NCBI RefSeq assembly: GCF_006345805.1
Contig: NC_043003.1
Coordinates: 65,472,001-65,536,000, forward strand
DNA from: Octopus sinensis
Lineage: Eukaryota
Direction of reading: 5' to 3'
Length of the DNA: 64,000 bases
In this document: one piece after another, positions 48,553-62,349 of the stretch
Layout of the letters: every line of letters starts with the position of its first letter
How positions within the stretch are numbered: the first letter of the stretch is position 1
Made by a program: the position numbers and the translations under genes
Notes under the pieces: generated by a model
What the model was told of the DNA's origin: nothing
Seen by the model: only the letters and a program-made list of their open reading frames with translations
Database searches by the model: none

Positions 48553-48582
48553 TATATAATATAGATATATATATAATATATA

Positions 48583-48627
<45 letters not shown>

Positions 48628-48852
48628 TATATTTATCTTTTATTAAACTTTTAATACTCTTGATATATATTTAAAATAATATAAATTAAATTAATTTTAT
48701 GTATTGGCTTATGTTTTTCTCTGTTTGATTTGCCTAATAGTGGTTCCATCTCTAACTTAATATAATATAATATAATATATTTATACTATAAAATTGGATT
48801 TAATCCTAAATCTGATTTTTCCCTGTAAGTTTGGATTTATTCCCTAATATTT

Positions 48853-48910
<58 letters not shown>

Positions 48911-49114
48911 AAATATATATGATTAACATCTTATGTGTCACTTATATAATTAACTTATACTGTAATGAATCCAATACAAAACAATAAATAAACACAACAG
49001 AATAGATTGCAGCAATCAAATTCCGCGCGATCTTTGATTTAAATACCAGAAACAATCCATTTCAGCTATCTTAAATGTCACATCATTTTAGGAATCAGAT
49101 ACTACAATTAATGT

Positions 49115-49135
49115 GCGTGTTTGTGTGTGTGTATA

Positions 49136-49215
<80 letters not shown>

Positions 49216-49285
49216 GTATGTATATATACGTATGTATATATATGTATATATATATATGTATGTATGTATGTATATATACACACAG

Positions 49286-49320
<35 letters not shown>

Positions 49321-49560
49321 CATATATATATACATATACATATATATATATACATATACATATACATACATACATAAATACATATATATATATGTGTGTA
49401 TATATATATAAATATAGATAGATATACATATACATATATACACATTTATATATATAAACACACACACATACATACACACACATACATACATATATATATA
49501 TATATAACACACACACATACATACACACACATACATACATATATATATATATATTAAATA

Positions 49561-49608
<48 letters not shown>

Positions 49609-49612
49609 AAGA
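49115..49612. repeat. Large (TA)n/(CA)n/(TACA)n compound tract
   Basis: Seen directly. Confidence 0.95.
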
Positions 49613-50084
49613 GTGAATATTATTGCTATGAATCGCTTGTGCATTATTTAGATTTGTTTCATTTTTGTTCAAGGCTTCATGAAAGAAACTTATATTTAAT
49701 AAATTGAGTTGTCACATGATTTCGTTATTTTTTTTTACTTCCGCATTCATATTCATCCTTTTAACTGTCATTCGAATTAACATGAATATATTTTTAATGC
49801 AGTGTTTTTTTATATTGAGGCTCACCTCTTCCGATACAAATTTTATTTATCGTTTTCGAATTTTGAATATATTTTACCTTTTTGGAGATAGGGTGATGGC
49901 GTGCCAAGTGGAAGCAAACGAACAGATATATCTGATAATCTAATATTAGGTAATAAAGTTTTATTAATGCGAAATTGTGTGAAAATTTAATTTCAAAAGA
50001 GTAAATTAATTATTATGCATTAGAAGAATGTGTTATCATTTGTTAATTCTATGAATTTACAGCCTCAAAAATGAAAATCTACAT

Positions 50085-50312
50085 ATCTATTTCTTTATCG
50101 ACCACAAGTGGTTTAACATAGAGGGGACAAACAAGGACATTAAGGCGATTACATCGACCCCAGTGCGTAACTGGTACTTATTTCATCGACGCCGAAGGGA
50201 TGAAAGGCAAAGTCGACCCCTGTGGAATTTGAACTCAGAACGTAAAGACAGACGAAATACTGCTAAGCATTTCACTCGGCGTGCTAACGATTCTGTCAGC
50301 TCGTCGCCTTTC
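50085..50312 (-). mobile_element. SINE family A, full length
   Basis: Aligns with 32411-32645. Confidence 0.9.
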
Positions 50313-50489
50313 CTAAATATTAATAATTCAACAATTCAAATTTATCTTTGTTGAATTAAATATTATAATTATTAATAATTGAATTAAGATTAATAATAAA
50401 CTTTGTTGAATTAAATATTATTAATTCAACAATTCAAATGTATCTTTGTTGATGCTGTTAAATTATGAACTCTTTAGTGATGAAGTAAA

Positions 50490-50700
50490 CTTTGGAAAGA
50501 TTGTACGACGGCACAACCGTTGTCACACCGGACAAGATGTCCAGCAGCATTTCTTCCGAGTCTTTACGGTTTGAGTTGAAATTTCGCCGAGGTCAAATTT
50601 ACTTTTCATCCCTTCGGAGTCGATAAAAAAAGACAGCAGTCAAGTACTGGGGTCAATGTAATCTACTTGGCCCCCTCCCTCGAAATTGCTGGCCTTGTTG
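50490..50700 (+). mobile_element. SINE family A, diverged
   Basis: GGTTTGAGTTGAAATTTCGCCGAGGTCAAATTTACTTTTCATCCCTTCGGAGTCGATAAA...GTACTGGGGTCAATGTAATC. Confidence 0.8.
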
Positions 50701-50751
50701 AGGGGATGCTAGGATTTCAGTCACTTATGTGCCATAGAAACCTTAAGTGAC

Positions 50752-50791
<40 letters not shown>

Positions 50792-51040
50792 TGAGTGAAT
50801 GCAATGCAATATTAGCGGGCCGCTACATTCACAATCTTTTAACTGATCCTGGTGGACTACAGCTTTGCTCCACTCAGGCGAGAACCCTCCGACACATGGA
50901 AGTATTTGAGAAGTCGTTGCTAATGAGGATCGTACGAGGTCAGTGTGTAAATCTTTCCTCAATCTCTTTTAGGCACCTCTTACGACACGTAGAGGAAACA
51001 TTGGGCCTATTCTTTGACATGCCAGTCCCCACACAACACA
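50752..51040 (-). mobile_element. Possible RTE-like LINE 3' remnant with (TAC)n tail
   Basis: Minus-strand RPNVSSTCRKRCLKRLRKDL...EWSKAVVHQDQLK loosely resembles the RTE C-terminal RP.GRP.KRW.D.+.KDL...W...A.DR..W pattern and ends in (TAC)n at 50752-50790. Confidence 0.4.
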
Positions 51041-52347
51041 AGAAAAATAATTGGGCTCAAGAAAAATAAAAGAAACAGATTTGAGATTGATATAATACGG
51101 GATTAAACTCTAGTAAACTTCTGGTGATTTTTTTCACAATGGTCAGGAATATTTTGAAGCAGTCGAATATAAAAAAAGATCTAAAATGCTTTGAATAGTT
51201 TCTTCATGACGTACTAGTTTGTTTCGTTATTCACATGACTATAACTAATAAAATGCGACTCACTTGATCAAAAGATATATATTTGGTCCAGATGATGGCT
51301 CATGTTCCAGTTTCATTTCAGCCATTTTGAGATAATACATTTGGGAACAATTCGTTCAAGCAACATTATATATTTGTACGTCATAACATCATTCGTATTT
51401 CTGAGGGACCAGCATAAAAGGATTCCACAAAATTAGCCTCTTTTTCTAAATCATTTATTTGCCCCAAAGTCATTAAATTCTGTAAGCCTACTTCTGGTCA
51501 AGAATTTCAGCAATTCCATTTTTACATCCATCATGTATTGTTCATAAAGTTGGCTCTTCTCTTATCTAAACTGTTGACGTTTCTAATAGCTTTGATTTCT
51601 TACTCATTTGATGTATCTTCAGCTCATACCGGCTGCATGGAAAACTACAAAAGATTAGTGCGTGTAACGGATAAAGCCGATACGGAAATAGTCGCCGATG
51701 TTTAGATAACAATATGCTTACACTATTTGTCGAGTAGCTGACTAATCAAAAGGCTAATATTATTGCAGTCTCTCTGGAACAGGGTCAGTCGCCTTAATTT
51801 GTCTTTGATAGCGATAGCACTATGCATTAATTGTATAGGACCATTAGCAATGCCTCAATAATTGAATCAGATGAGGATTCCTTCAAACAAAAAGAAAAAA
51901 AAAAAGAAAAGGAAGATAAAAAGAAAGAAAGAAAATGTCGTGTGTTTGCAGAGTTGGCATTATGTCAACCAGAAATATCTTCACACAATGGAGTCCATAA
52001 TTTCAGTTTTATTCTTGGCAGTGTTAGTAATAAAGATAAAGCTGATGAGAAAGCGGGTTGGTGGTGGTGGTGGTGTTATTTTTTTTGGAGAGATGAAACA
52101 ATAAGCGGGAGGTTTAAATTGTCCTACTGCCCAAACTGTCTAATTACATTGCGGACGAAGCTCAACAGCAACTCAATGATACAGTCTAAGCAGGCTGTCA
52201 ATGTTTCTTTGTAGTTGCTGACATAAAGAAAGCTATTTAATGAAATATTCTCGTGTGAGACGATTGCTAATTCAATTGACTTGATATATCAGTTACAAAC
52301 AAAAGATTTTCAATTGTTTATCGATCATCTCTGTATATGTACATGTG

Positions 52348-52404
<57 letters not shown>

Positions 52405-52408
52405 AAAC

Positions 52409-52452
<44 letters not shown>

Positions 52453-53339
52453 TGTGTGTGCGTGTGGGCGTTTCCAGTTATTCTTAACATCTGGATCAGC
52501 ATAGGAGTTAGTAAAGAAACTCATTTAAATGTTTCACGGAAGTAGAGTCGTTTTTTAAAGTTTCTCACGTCGTGCAGAATGTTGCGGGATTCCTTACTGC
52601 TTCGAAATAAGCTACTAACTTAAAAACGGTCCTCGCTTTCCGTTCCATACACCCGTGAGTGATATAAAAATATAGCAGATTAAATATATGGTTTGCCCTA
52701 GAAATATATGAATAAAGACCAAATTCGAGGAGTATGTATACAGAGTATTTTTATTTGACCGATAAAATAGTGTAATATTGAAAATGGAAGAAATACAAAA
52801 ATTCTGCTTCTTGAATTTGAGACCTACCTATGTTAGACAACAATTATTTGAAATGTTGCTACTTTGCATTCTCTAAATCCTTTATTCTGTAAACTGTTAC
52901 ACTTCTCAACAACTTCATGGTAAGCTTGTTAAATAAGCACCGGATATTTTTTTTATAAATCTCTTGGCTAGTTTCAGCCATAAATCTGCTCCATCAGTAT
53001 AACGTTGCTGAGAAACAACAACAACAACAACAACAACAGCCACAACACTTTGGAGTATACGATATACCATGTAATTTGAATGCACTTTCCATTATGAAAA
53101 ATGCTACCGACTCTTAAAACAAAACTCGTTTTCTCTTCAGTACATCTCGTAGGACCACTGACCTAAAGCAGCATCAATCTGAAACATTGTTTTGTCCTTT
53201 TATCCCTCAGGGATCGATAATGCAAAATACCTGTCAAGTATTGGTTGGGGCCAATGTAATCGTCTGTTCAAAAATTTGAAATTATCATCATCATCATCAT
53301 CATTATCCTCCTCCTCCTCATCATCATCATTATCATCAT

Positions 53340-53680
53340 CAAGGCAGCGAGATGGCTGAATCTTAAGTACGCGGGCAAGCATTCTGTTTGTCTTCAAGTT
53401 CTGAGTTCAAATTTATCCGAGGTCGACTTTGTCTTTCATCCTTACGGAATCGATAAATTAAGTATCAGTGAAATACCAGGATCGTTGTAATCGATTCCCC
53501 CCAACCAAGATTTTAGGCATTGTGCCTTTAGGAGAACGGACTATTGCTGGGCTTGTGCCAAAATTTGAAATCATCCTTTCGGGGTCGAGAAATTAAGTAC
53601 CAGTAGAAGACTGGGGTCGATGTAATCGGCTAGTCCCCTCCCCAAACATTTCAGGCCTTATGCCTACAGCAGAAAGGATT
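53340..53680 (+). mobile_element. SINE family A copy followed by a second 3' part
   Basis: AGGCAGCGAGATGGCTGAATC...GTTCTGAGTTCAAATTTATCCGAGGTCGACTTTG; second tail CATCCTTTCGGGGTCGAGAAATTAAGTACCAG...TTTCAGGCCTTATGCC. Confidence 0.85.
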
Positions 53681-53705
53681 ATTATTATTATTATTATTAT
53701 TATTA

Positions 53706-53755
<50 letters not shown>
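53680..53755. repeat. (ATT)n microsatellite
   Basis: Seen directly. Confidence 0.96.
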
Positions 53756-54225
53756 GAGTGAGAGAGCAGTGCACGCCATCAAAGTGACACTGGGGTAAAA
53801 TATACGAAGCCCAGTATACCCATCCTGACTACCCGTCTGATAAGGATACACCAGGCACATGAATCACAACCATATGTGTGCGACATGGTTATCTCAACTA
53901 GATAAACAGCGCATGACCTTGCAGTCAGGGCCCAGTTAGAATTTTCTTCAGGCTGAGTAGCCCATCCCGCTCAAAAGGTCCCTGAAATAAAGGTTGTTTA
54001 AGGATACTGAACGAAACACTCATGTTTCCAAAGGTGAATTATTCAAACACCAAAGAATTCTTCTCAACACATGGCTATCATGCTCCCCCACTACTTCTAC
54101 TTGTGGTCAGAGATGCACATATCATCAGGCACAAAGGGACATGCTCAACTAGCTAAGGTCAAACAGCTGACAAGCAAATCTGTGGTATTGAGCAGAATAT
54201 TTGCTGTAGCCTATCTTTATATTGT
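53756..54225 (-). mobile_element. Non-coding interspersed retroelement-like repeat ending in (AAT)n on the minus strand
   Basis: GC-richer 470-bp block abutting the AAT tract; recognised from memory as a common octopus repeat, not verified. Confidence 0.5.
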
Positions 54226-57200
54226 CTCAGAAATCTTTATTTAATAAAAATTGTAGTCGAGAAGTGAACAAGACAGTACTCTAGTCTTCATTGCCTTCCA
54301 TTGCATACTAGGTTGAGATGCTTGCGTACATAAATAGAAATCATGAAACCTCTGCTGTACTCCTACCAAATACTTCTAGCTTTGCACGAACGAGAGAAAA
54401 TAATAATATAAAAAATAATAGGAATTACAGAATTTAACGAAATGTAATAAATAAATAAAAAGAAAATTATAAAAAAAGTGAGTTTATATTTCAACTCGTA
54501 TTGTCAAACTCTTCAACTTTTTCTAAAGATTTTCTTTGTATTCAATTATAATAATTTTCTTCCGTTCTGAGATCGCTATGTTCGTAGTGTGTTCACTTTT
54601 CCTAAAATTCATTAAATTTTTGGTCTATAATCACTAGTTTTCGTAAAATCTTGCAACTATCCAATAATTGTCAATAGTCTTATTTTTTTAATACTTTTCT
54701 ACTTTAAAACCAAAAACATTATAAAAGATTAAATCTAGAAAATCATGCATTCATTCTTGTAACTATTAGTTAATCACACTCTATTACATGCAGAGTAGCC
54801 TGCTTTCAGAAATATTTATTTATAGAATTTTTTATTATAATTTCGCACAGTTTTCCAAATTGCCATATTTCAGGAGCGTTATATAATGAATTTTCTTCCG
54901 TATCTAATCACGTCATTTGTAATAACTTTTGGGTATATTACAATAGCTTTTAACTACATATTTAATTTTCCAATTTACATCATTACATAGACTTCATTCA
55001 TTATCTACGTTACTTGTAAAGTTTTCACCATCCAAAACTACATTTCATTTTCTCTGATACACTTCTATTGTTAATGGTATTAGGAGTAGTCGACATGCTA
55101 TCTGCTACTGGATAGGTAATACTATTGTCTAGTAAGTGATAATGTGTAAAATATAATGAGTTCAGTTGCTAGAGAAAAGTATTATACAGGAAGCAAAATT
55201 AACAGCCTGCAATGAGTTTGTGTGTGTGTGTGTAGCGAGGGTAGCTGTGAAGAGATAATACTTTTGGTGTCTCGGTGTTTAACACCTTGTAGGGTGGACG
55301 GGTACAACTGGCTTTCGTTCTCTCCTTAAATTTCTTATGTGGTGGCACCCAGTGTCACACATCGGTGCACCACGCCAACCGGCGGACTAAAGCTTATGTG
55401 TTGACACTGCACTTTTAGGCGGACGATGGAAATGAGGTATTATCAATGGCCAGAGCGGGGGAGTATTAAGATCGACGACCATGTGTCCGTGACTGAAAGC
55501 GATTCAAACTAAACTTCAGTTAGCAATCAACAGCTCCATTTGCATTCTCTTTCCTAAATGTACTTCAGGTTAGTAAATTGTTCCTCGGAAAAAGCCTTAA
55601 GCTACGAGAGCAGGTCGAAGTGGAAAAGCGACCCAGCAGTCGAAGGTGGTTGCTGGTTGATCTTTATAGACCGAGAGCCAGTCCTGATTTGATTAGACTT
55701 GAAGCTCCAAAATACTGTCAAGGCACAATATATATACAAATGGTCCTAATACCATGAAACATGATTCTTAAGTATGCTTAGATATGGATTAATTAATTAT
55801 GAGATAATCAACTTGCGTAAATAACTAATTTAATTAGACTTTAAGCTCCAGTAATGAATCACATTGAATATTACTCCTTAGACATAAGTGATACTTAAAT
55901 GAAAGCTTAAGAAAAAGACGGGTATGGAAAAACAAATTAATAAGTTTTAATTAGACACTTAATTAGGAATTAATTAGACTTTCTGCTCCAACGTCAATTT
56001 CTTCGCAAAATTGTTCACTAAACCCAACTGAATCTATTCATGTCACTTAAGAACCATTTTAGGTATGTATTTCTAATTTAAGAAGCATTTTCCACTAATC
56101 ACTGTACACTAATTAAGAGGAAATATACAGAAGCACTGTTTTCAAGCTATGTGATGAATGCAACATACAAACGTGTCTTAGACCTAGTTAACATGAAAGA
56201 AGAAATTAAGCAACATCCCAGGTATTGGAAGACAATAAAAAACCTTTTAATTAGATCGTTAATTAAGTCTTCATTAGAGTCTCTACTCCGGTGTAAATTG
56301 CAATTTCTCGCAAAGAGGATACAGCAGCTTTGCGCTCTGTAAGAGTAATGATGTGCCTTGATGAGAATTCCCAAATTGATACTGCAGGAAACGGTCCTCT
56401 GATCTCAGAGTAAAGCAAGTGAAATGGACCTAAAAGAGTGGACAGGCTATTTAAATCATCCTTTGAAATGATTAACTGTAAATTCTGTCTAGTAGTTCTA
56501 TAAACCATAAGATGGAGAAAGAACCAGCCTATTCAAAACTGCTTTAATGGGAGAAAGTTCACTCAGTTTGAATTTCACTTAATATATACATTGTATTCGA
56601 TAGGATTGTTTCACAGATTGCATAAGCCTGTCCAAATGATCACGAAGTTGCCTATTGTAGTTCGTTGCATATATTGACTGTGCATATCTATCAGTCTCAA
56701 TCGATACACGGAGACTAAGAAGGCAACAAGTCCGGAGTGAAGGAACTCACACCATATTAACTTTACAATGCATATTCATACGGCCGCTTCGAGTTTGCAA
56801 AATCTATAACTAGCTGGAGCATTTTGGGATCCAGCTGGGCAGTAAGTAGTTACAATATACATTTCTAGAATAATCTTATAATTATCCATCTGTTTATCTA
56901 TCTGTATTATTGTTTGATTTGTGTAAAGTTTTACGTTCAACTGAAAAGTGAAATGAGACGGTGTTGCACTAATTGTAGGCCGGTACTCATCTTCTGTTCA
57001 TTAGCAGCATCAGCAAATTAAGTGCCTGACTCAAGGAGATAATACACCGCCCGACACAGAACTCTGATATCCTCTCAGCATTAGATCTCGCGTCTTCCTA
57101 CACACATATTCACAGACCCCATCCATTCGTCAGTAACATATCATTTGTGAGCAAATATCATTTGTTCAACGTGACATTCCTCATTCACAGGGCTAATCGT

Positions 57201-57849
57201 TTTCAGCTTTAAACTATGTATTATTTATTTTCATTATCAAATATATTTACGATACATTTTATGACATGAATTAATATCTTTGTATTATTATCTGTTTTTT
57301 TTTTTAAGTTTCTTTTAACCTTTCAAGCATTTACATAGCTTTTGTATTTAGTCGAATGAAATTTTACTTTTTTTAAATTCCAATGAAACTCCTTTATCTG
57401 AAAGCCAACTGGATGAGAGTGCAGCGCGGTCATGAGAGTGCTAGTGTGAGTAATTTGCTCAAATGCTGCAATGTGCTTTGATAATGTTGCTATTTGTTGA
57501 AGGAACTATTCACGCATTATCTCCTGCTGTTCTTCATAATATCCGCCATTTATCTGTTACATCTGTACAATTTTTTTTCCGCTCTTTGCCATTTGCAAAT
57601 GTTTACACGTTCATTATGAATGTAGTTGCGAGAAACCGTGTTTTCATTGTTGCAGTTGAAACTTGCTATCGTAGAATGTATTAACTGGCATAGGCGATAA
57701 AGTACAACACTAAGAACCTCAAGCTATTTATGTAGATCTGTCTGAGTTTCGAGTCTTAGACCAGTCGTGCATTTAATTTGACTTCTATAATTTTGAAATG
57801 GATAAAATAAAAATCCAGATTGATTCAAAATTAATGACATTTCTTTTAA

Positions 57850-58182
57850 GTTACTAAGGTGCAGTTATGCTGAAGCACCGTGTTGATAGCTTAAGTCGAA
57901 CGAATTAGCCCAGTACGTATTTTTCCAAGTTTGGTATTTATTCTATCGGTTTTTTTGACCGAACCGTTAAGCTACCGATGCGTAAACAAACCGACACTAG
58001 TTGTCAAGTGGTAGCGCAGAACCCACACACACCACACCACACGCACCCCATACATACACATATGACAGGATTCCACACAGCTTCCATCTGTTAAATTCAC
58101 TCAGAAACCATTGGTCAGTATGAGGCTTTAGTAGAAGTCACTTTCCCATGGTGCTGCACAGTGGGACTGAACCCGAAACTGC
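57850..58182 (-). mobile_element. SINE family B, diverged
   Basis: TGCAGTTATGCTGAAGCACCG...TATTCTATCGG...CGTAAACAAACCGACAC...CAGTGGGACTGAACCCGAAAC. Confidence 0.78.
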
Positions 58183-59243
58183 TTAAAAATTAATATGGTC
58201 AATGTCTGGCTGCTGTTGTCGTTGGTGTTATTCTTTTTTAACCACCAGTTAATCCTAATTGGTCAAATCTGCCATCATATGCTTTCAGTCCCTTCAATCA
58301 CTTCGTCTGAGGTGAGTTTTCGGATGTATCATGACCCAGTCTAAAATAGTGGTGTGTGATTTGATGGAGGGTTATTCCTTATTTTCAGGAGATGGGGTAC
58401 CCACTTAAAAGGCATTTTATTGGCTCGTCAATATTAGCTATTACATTGTTGATGCTGAAACCCAGACCAGCACTGATCGAATAGATTTACAATCGAAAAG
58501 CCTTTAAAATGTATCTAAACTAATATCTCGTTTGCTAGGATTTACATAATCCGAACGGTTCACCTATAAAGACGGTCGAGGGAGATGTCAGATATATTCT
58601 CCTGAGATATACATTATTTACCTTAGAACATCCAACTAAACGAATCATGATATTTAATTTCATAGTTTTATATTCTGAATTTGACTTTGGGTTTTAGGCT
58701 TAAAACTGGAAAAGAGCAGTTAAGAAACCTAAGGATACTTCACAAAAAGGAGCCTCAAAAAGAGCACCCTTCCTGCTAAAAATACCAGCCTAATCATCAT
58801 CAACTTTACCAGCCTCCATCTTAAAATTGAAGGAAAAACTGGATAATATAATCGCTTAAAACATTTCGTCAAGTGTTTTGAATATAATTTTACTGAATCT
58901 GGTCTGAGCTGGGTAGAAATAACAACTCCAAGAACAAGGGAAACCAGAATATGTGAGTAAACAACAGTTGTCCTTGATTTCATCATCAATCTGCCCGAAC
59001 AAGACAATGCAACAATGAAATGTTAGGTATTCCAGCCACGAGTTTTATAGCGTAATTCCTTAGAATATGATCCAATTGTCAGATCACTCACGTGCTTTAT
59101 AATATTGCAAGAAGGCAAGATATAAGGGATTGAGCCTTCTATATTTTTCAGGTGAAGTCGTTAACTAATATACGATGAAGGTTTGTTTTTTATTTTAAAT
59201 AATTTCTAAGTTATTATTCTAACATATTTTTGGCAAATAAATT

Positions 59244-59837
59244 TAACACTATTATCAGATTTTCCCTATTTTTTCTAGTTTTCTAAACAACGATTTTAGA
59301 TTATAAAATCCCCAATATTGTTTGAAAGAGATAAGAAATAAGGAAATATTTTATACAGAAACAGTTAATATATTCTTGAGTAAAGGAAAAAAAAAAGATA
59401 AATTTGGACAGAATGAAATTTGAAATTCCGAGGTTGAACAAAATTTTTCAAAGTATTGTTGGTTAGTTCGGCTTATGTTCTAGAGTTTTAGCCAATGCGT
59501 TGCCCTGGTTAAATACATTTTCTTCCATTCATTTAAAGACAACTTAAAAAAGATATGCATTTAACCAGAGCAGTGGATTGGCTAAAACTCTAGAACATAA
59601 GCCGAACTTACCAACAATACTTTGCAATGTTTTGTTCAACGTCAGAATTTCAAATTTTATCCTATCCAAATTTGACTTTGTTTTTTTTTCCGTAATCAAG
59701 AAAGAAATGTATTAATTGTTTCTGTATCAAATATTTTCCTTATTTCTCATCTCTCTCAAACAACATTAGAGGTTTAGTAATCTAAAATCGTTGTTTGGAA
59801 AACTAGAAAAAATTGGCAAAATCTGAGAATAGTGTTA
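59244..59837. mobile_element. Large fold-back element (MITE-like), ~270-bp inverted arms
   Basis: AAAGTATTGTTGGTTAGTTCGGCTTATGTTCTAGAGTTTTAGCCAAT pairs with ATTGGCTAAAACTCTAGAACATAAGCCGAACTTACCAACAATACTTT (one mismatch); pairing continues out to TAACACTATTATCAGATTTT / AAAATCTGAGAATAGTGTTA. Confidence 0.88.
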
Positions 59838-60990
59838 GAACTATTTTCTGAATGTAGCATACAACACAGAGTTAGTAATTGGTATCCTACCACGAGAAAT
59901 GTGCCGAATCCTTCTTCAGCCCGTTAACTACTAAATTAAACTTTAGAGAATTGGTATTTTCTGGAGGTCACGTTGCCTCAATAAACTTCAAAACGTAGTT
60001 TCAAATATATCATTCTCCAACAGAAGTTAAATTGATGTATAAAACTGCTTTCTGCAATTAAATCAGGTAAACTTTTTAGTGGATATCTCTGATTGCCGTA
60101 GTAAAAGGGTCAAAACATTTACGATGTCATTATGATAGTACAAACTCATTTACTCAATCGGTATTTTAGTGATACGGTCCAATGATTCATTAAAAAATTC
60201 ACATAAAAATATGATGGCTAATTCCGAGGAGATAATTTCTGCGAGATAAAACATGAAGAAACTTTTCAAATTATACGAATTAATTGCATCTACAAGTGAA
60301 ACACACATGTTAGAAAATCCATCCATGCATCCATGCATCCATGCATCCATGCATCCATGCATCCATCCATCCATACATACATACATCCATCCATACATAC
60401 ATGCATACATACATACATATAACAGGTTTTGATGTTCCTTCTGTATATAAAAGTAATTTCTTACCAATATTAACTCCGGTGAGGGTTCATAAACACATGG
60501 TCGAGATCTCTTATTTAAATACACTTCACAACTGCTCACATAAAACATAAAAGCTAACTGGAAAAGTTCGAAACCTTTCTCGATTCATAAAATTTTTCGA
60601 AATTGATTAAACATAACACGTTCACTTCAATAATATGCATTATTTATTCAAATATGTTTATTCAAATTACATGAAGATTTCAGTTTTTTGCGCAGAATTA
60701 TTTTCGAAAGATATCGATTAGTTATAAATCCTATCTGGAGAATTATATTTCAATTTCAGTTCTCATGCGAATAAAGACCAGTTCAGATACGCACACATAC
60801 GCGCATACAGAGAGACGTAGACACACACACACGCACACACACGCGCTTACGCAGAGACATAGACACACGCACACACACGCGCATACATGTACATGCTCAC
60901 AAAGGCATATTTACATGTATAAATAGATACACATACAGATGCCTACACAGACATACACACACACACACATATAAACGCATATGTATGTGA

Positions 60991-61003
<13 letters not shown>

Positions 61004-61035
<32 letters not shown>

Positions 61036-61167
61036 ACACAGAAAAAAAATTGATAGACAGACAGATACTCAGTCAGATAGGTAGATAGATAGATAGATAG
61101 ATAGAAAGATAGGTATGTAGGTAGGTAGATGGATAGATAGATAAAGAGATAGATAGATATATCGATG

Positions 61168-61265
<98 letters not shown>

Positions 61266-62110
61266 AAGCTAGATAGATTAATAGACAAATAGATAGATAG
61301 ACAGATATATAAATGAATTGATGGATAGAAGGATAGATAGATATATTTCTTTATTTAGCCACACAGGGCTGCACACAGACAGGACAAAATTACAAGGTAG
61401 AGCTTTTCTTTTGGGCGTTAAAGAAGGGGGTTTGGTTTTCGATCAAAAGGGATCGTAAATGGAAAGAAAGAGGACACAAAAGGGAGGGGGATAGATAGAT
61501 AGATAGATAGATAGACAGATAGATTGATGGATAGATAGATGGATAGCTAGATAGATACACACAAATAACAAATAGTGAAGTAGAAACACAAAAGGATCCC
61601 TGTATGGTTTCTCACAGGAGAGCACATATAACTGAATATTTTTTTTATTTAGTAAATCTCTTAGGTTTTCTTCTCTAAATTTATTTATTTACACATTTGG
61701 TGAGGGGTGGGCTTCACAAAAGACTGAATGAACTAAACTATGAAGCCAATTACGTTTCCTCACATTTTACTTCTCTAATCAGGTATGTGATTTTGCTGTT
61801 GCAGTTGTTAAATACCTAACACAATTTTGCGTGTGTGTGTGTGTGTGGTGCTCCAGAATGACCGTAGTCTGAAACGAATAAAATGAATAAATAAATAAAT
61901 ATTTCTACATTATGTTTACATATCTTGACGATCTGAGTTCAAACTCCGCCAAGGCCGACTTTGACTTTCATCCTTTCGGGGGTCGATAAATTAAGAACCA
62001 GTTGTGTACTGGAGTCCATCTAATCGACTGGCCCCCTCTCCTAAAATTCCGGGCCTAATGTCTTGAGTAGAAAAGATTATGTGTGTGTCTGTATGTTTGT
62101 ATATATATAT

Positions 62111-62145
<35 letters not shown>

Positions 62146-62280
62146 CCCACACAGAAAAAAAATTGATAGACAGACAGATACTCAGTCAGATAGGTAGATA
62201 GATAGATAGATAGATAGAAAGATAGGTATGTAGGTAGGTAGATGGATAGATAGATAAAGAGATAGATAGATATATCGATG

Positions 62281-62349
<69 letters not shown>

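Noticed and set aside
50315-50452. Local AATTCAACAA/TTGTTGAATT duplications and palindromes
   Set aside because: Very AT-rich short slippage-type duplications with no further structure.
51831-52214. 127-aa ORF
   Set aside because: Built from A-rich and (GGT)n low-complexity sequence; no domain or splice support.
54080-54225. Possible HDV-like ribozyme on the minus strand
   Set aside because: A P1-like pairing can be drawn, but P1.1, J4/2 and P2 could not be assigned.
57540-57620. Minus-strand KNCTDVTDKWRIL resembling a Myb/SANT helix
   Set aside because: Short, bounded by a stop, and without supporting upstream residues or splice sites.
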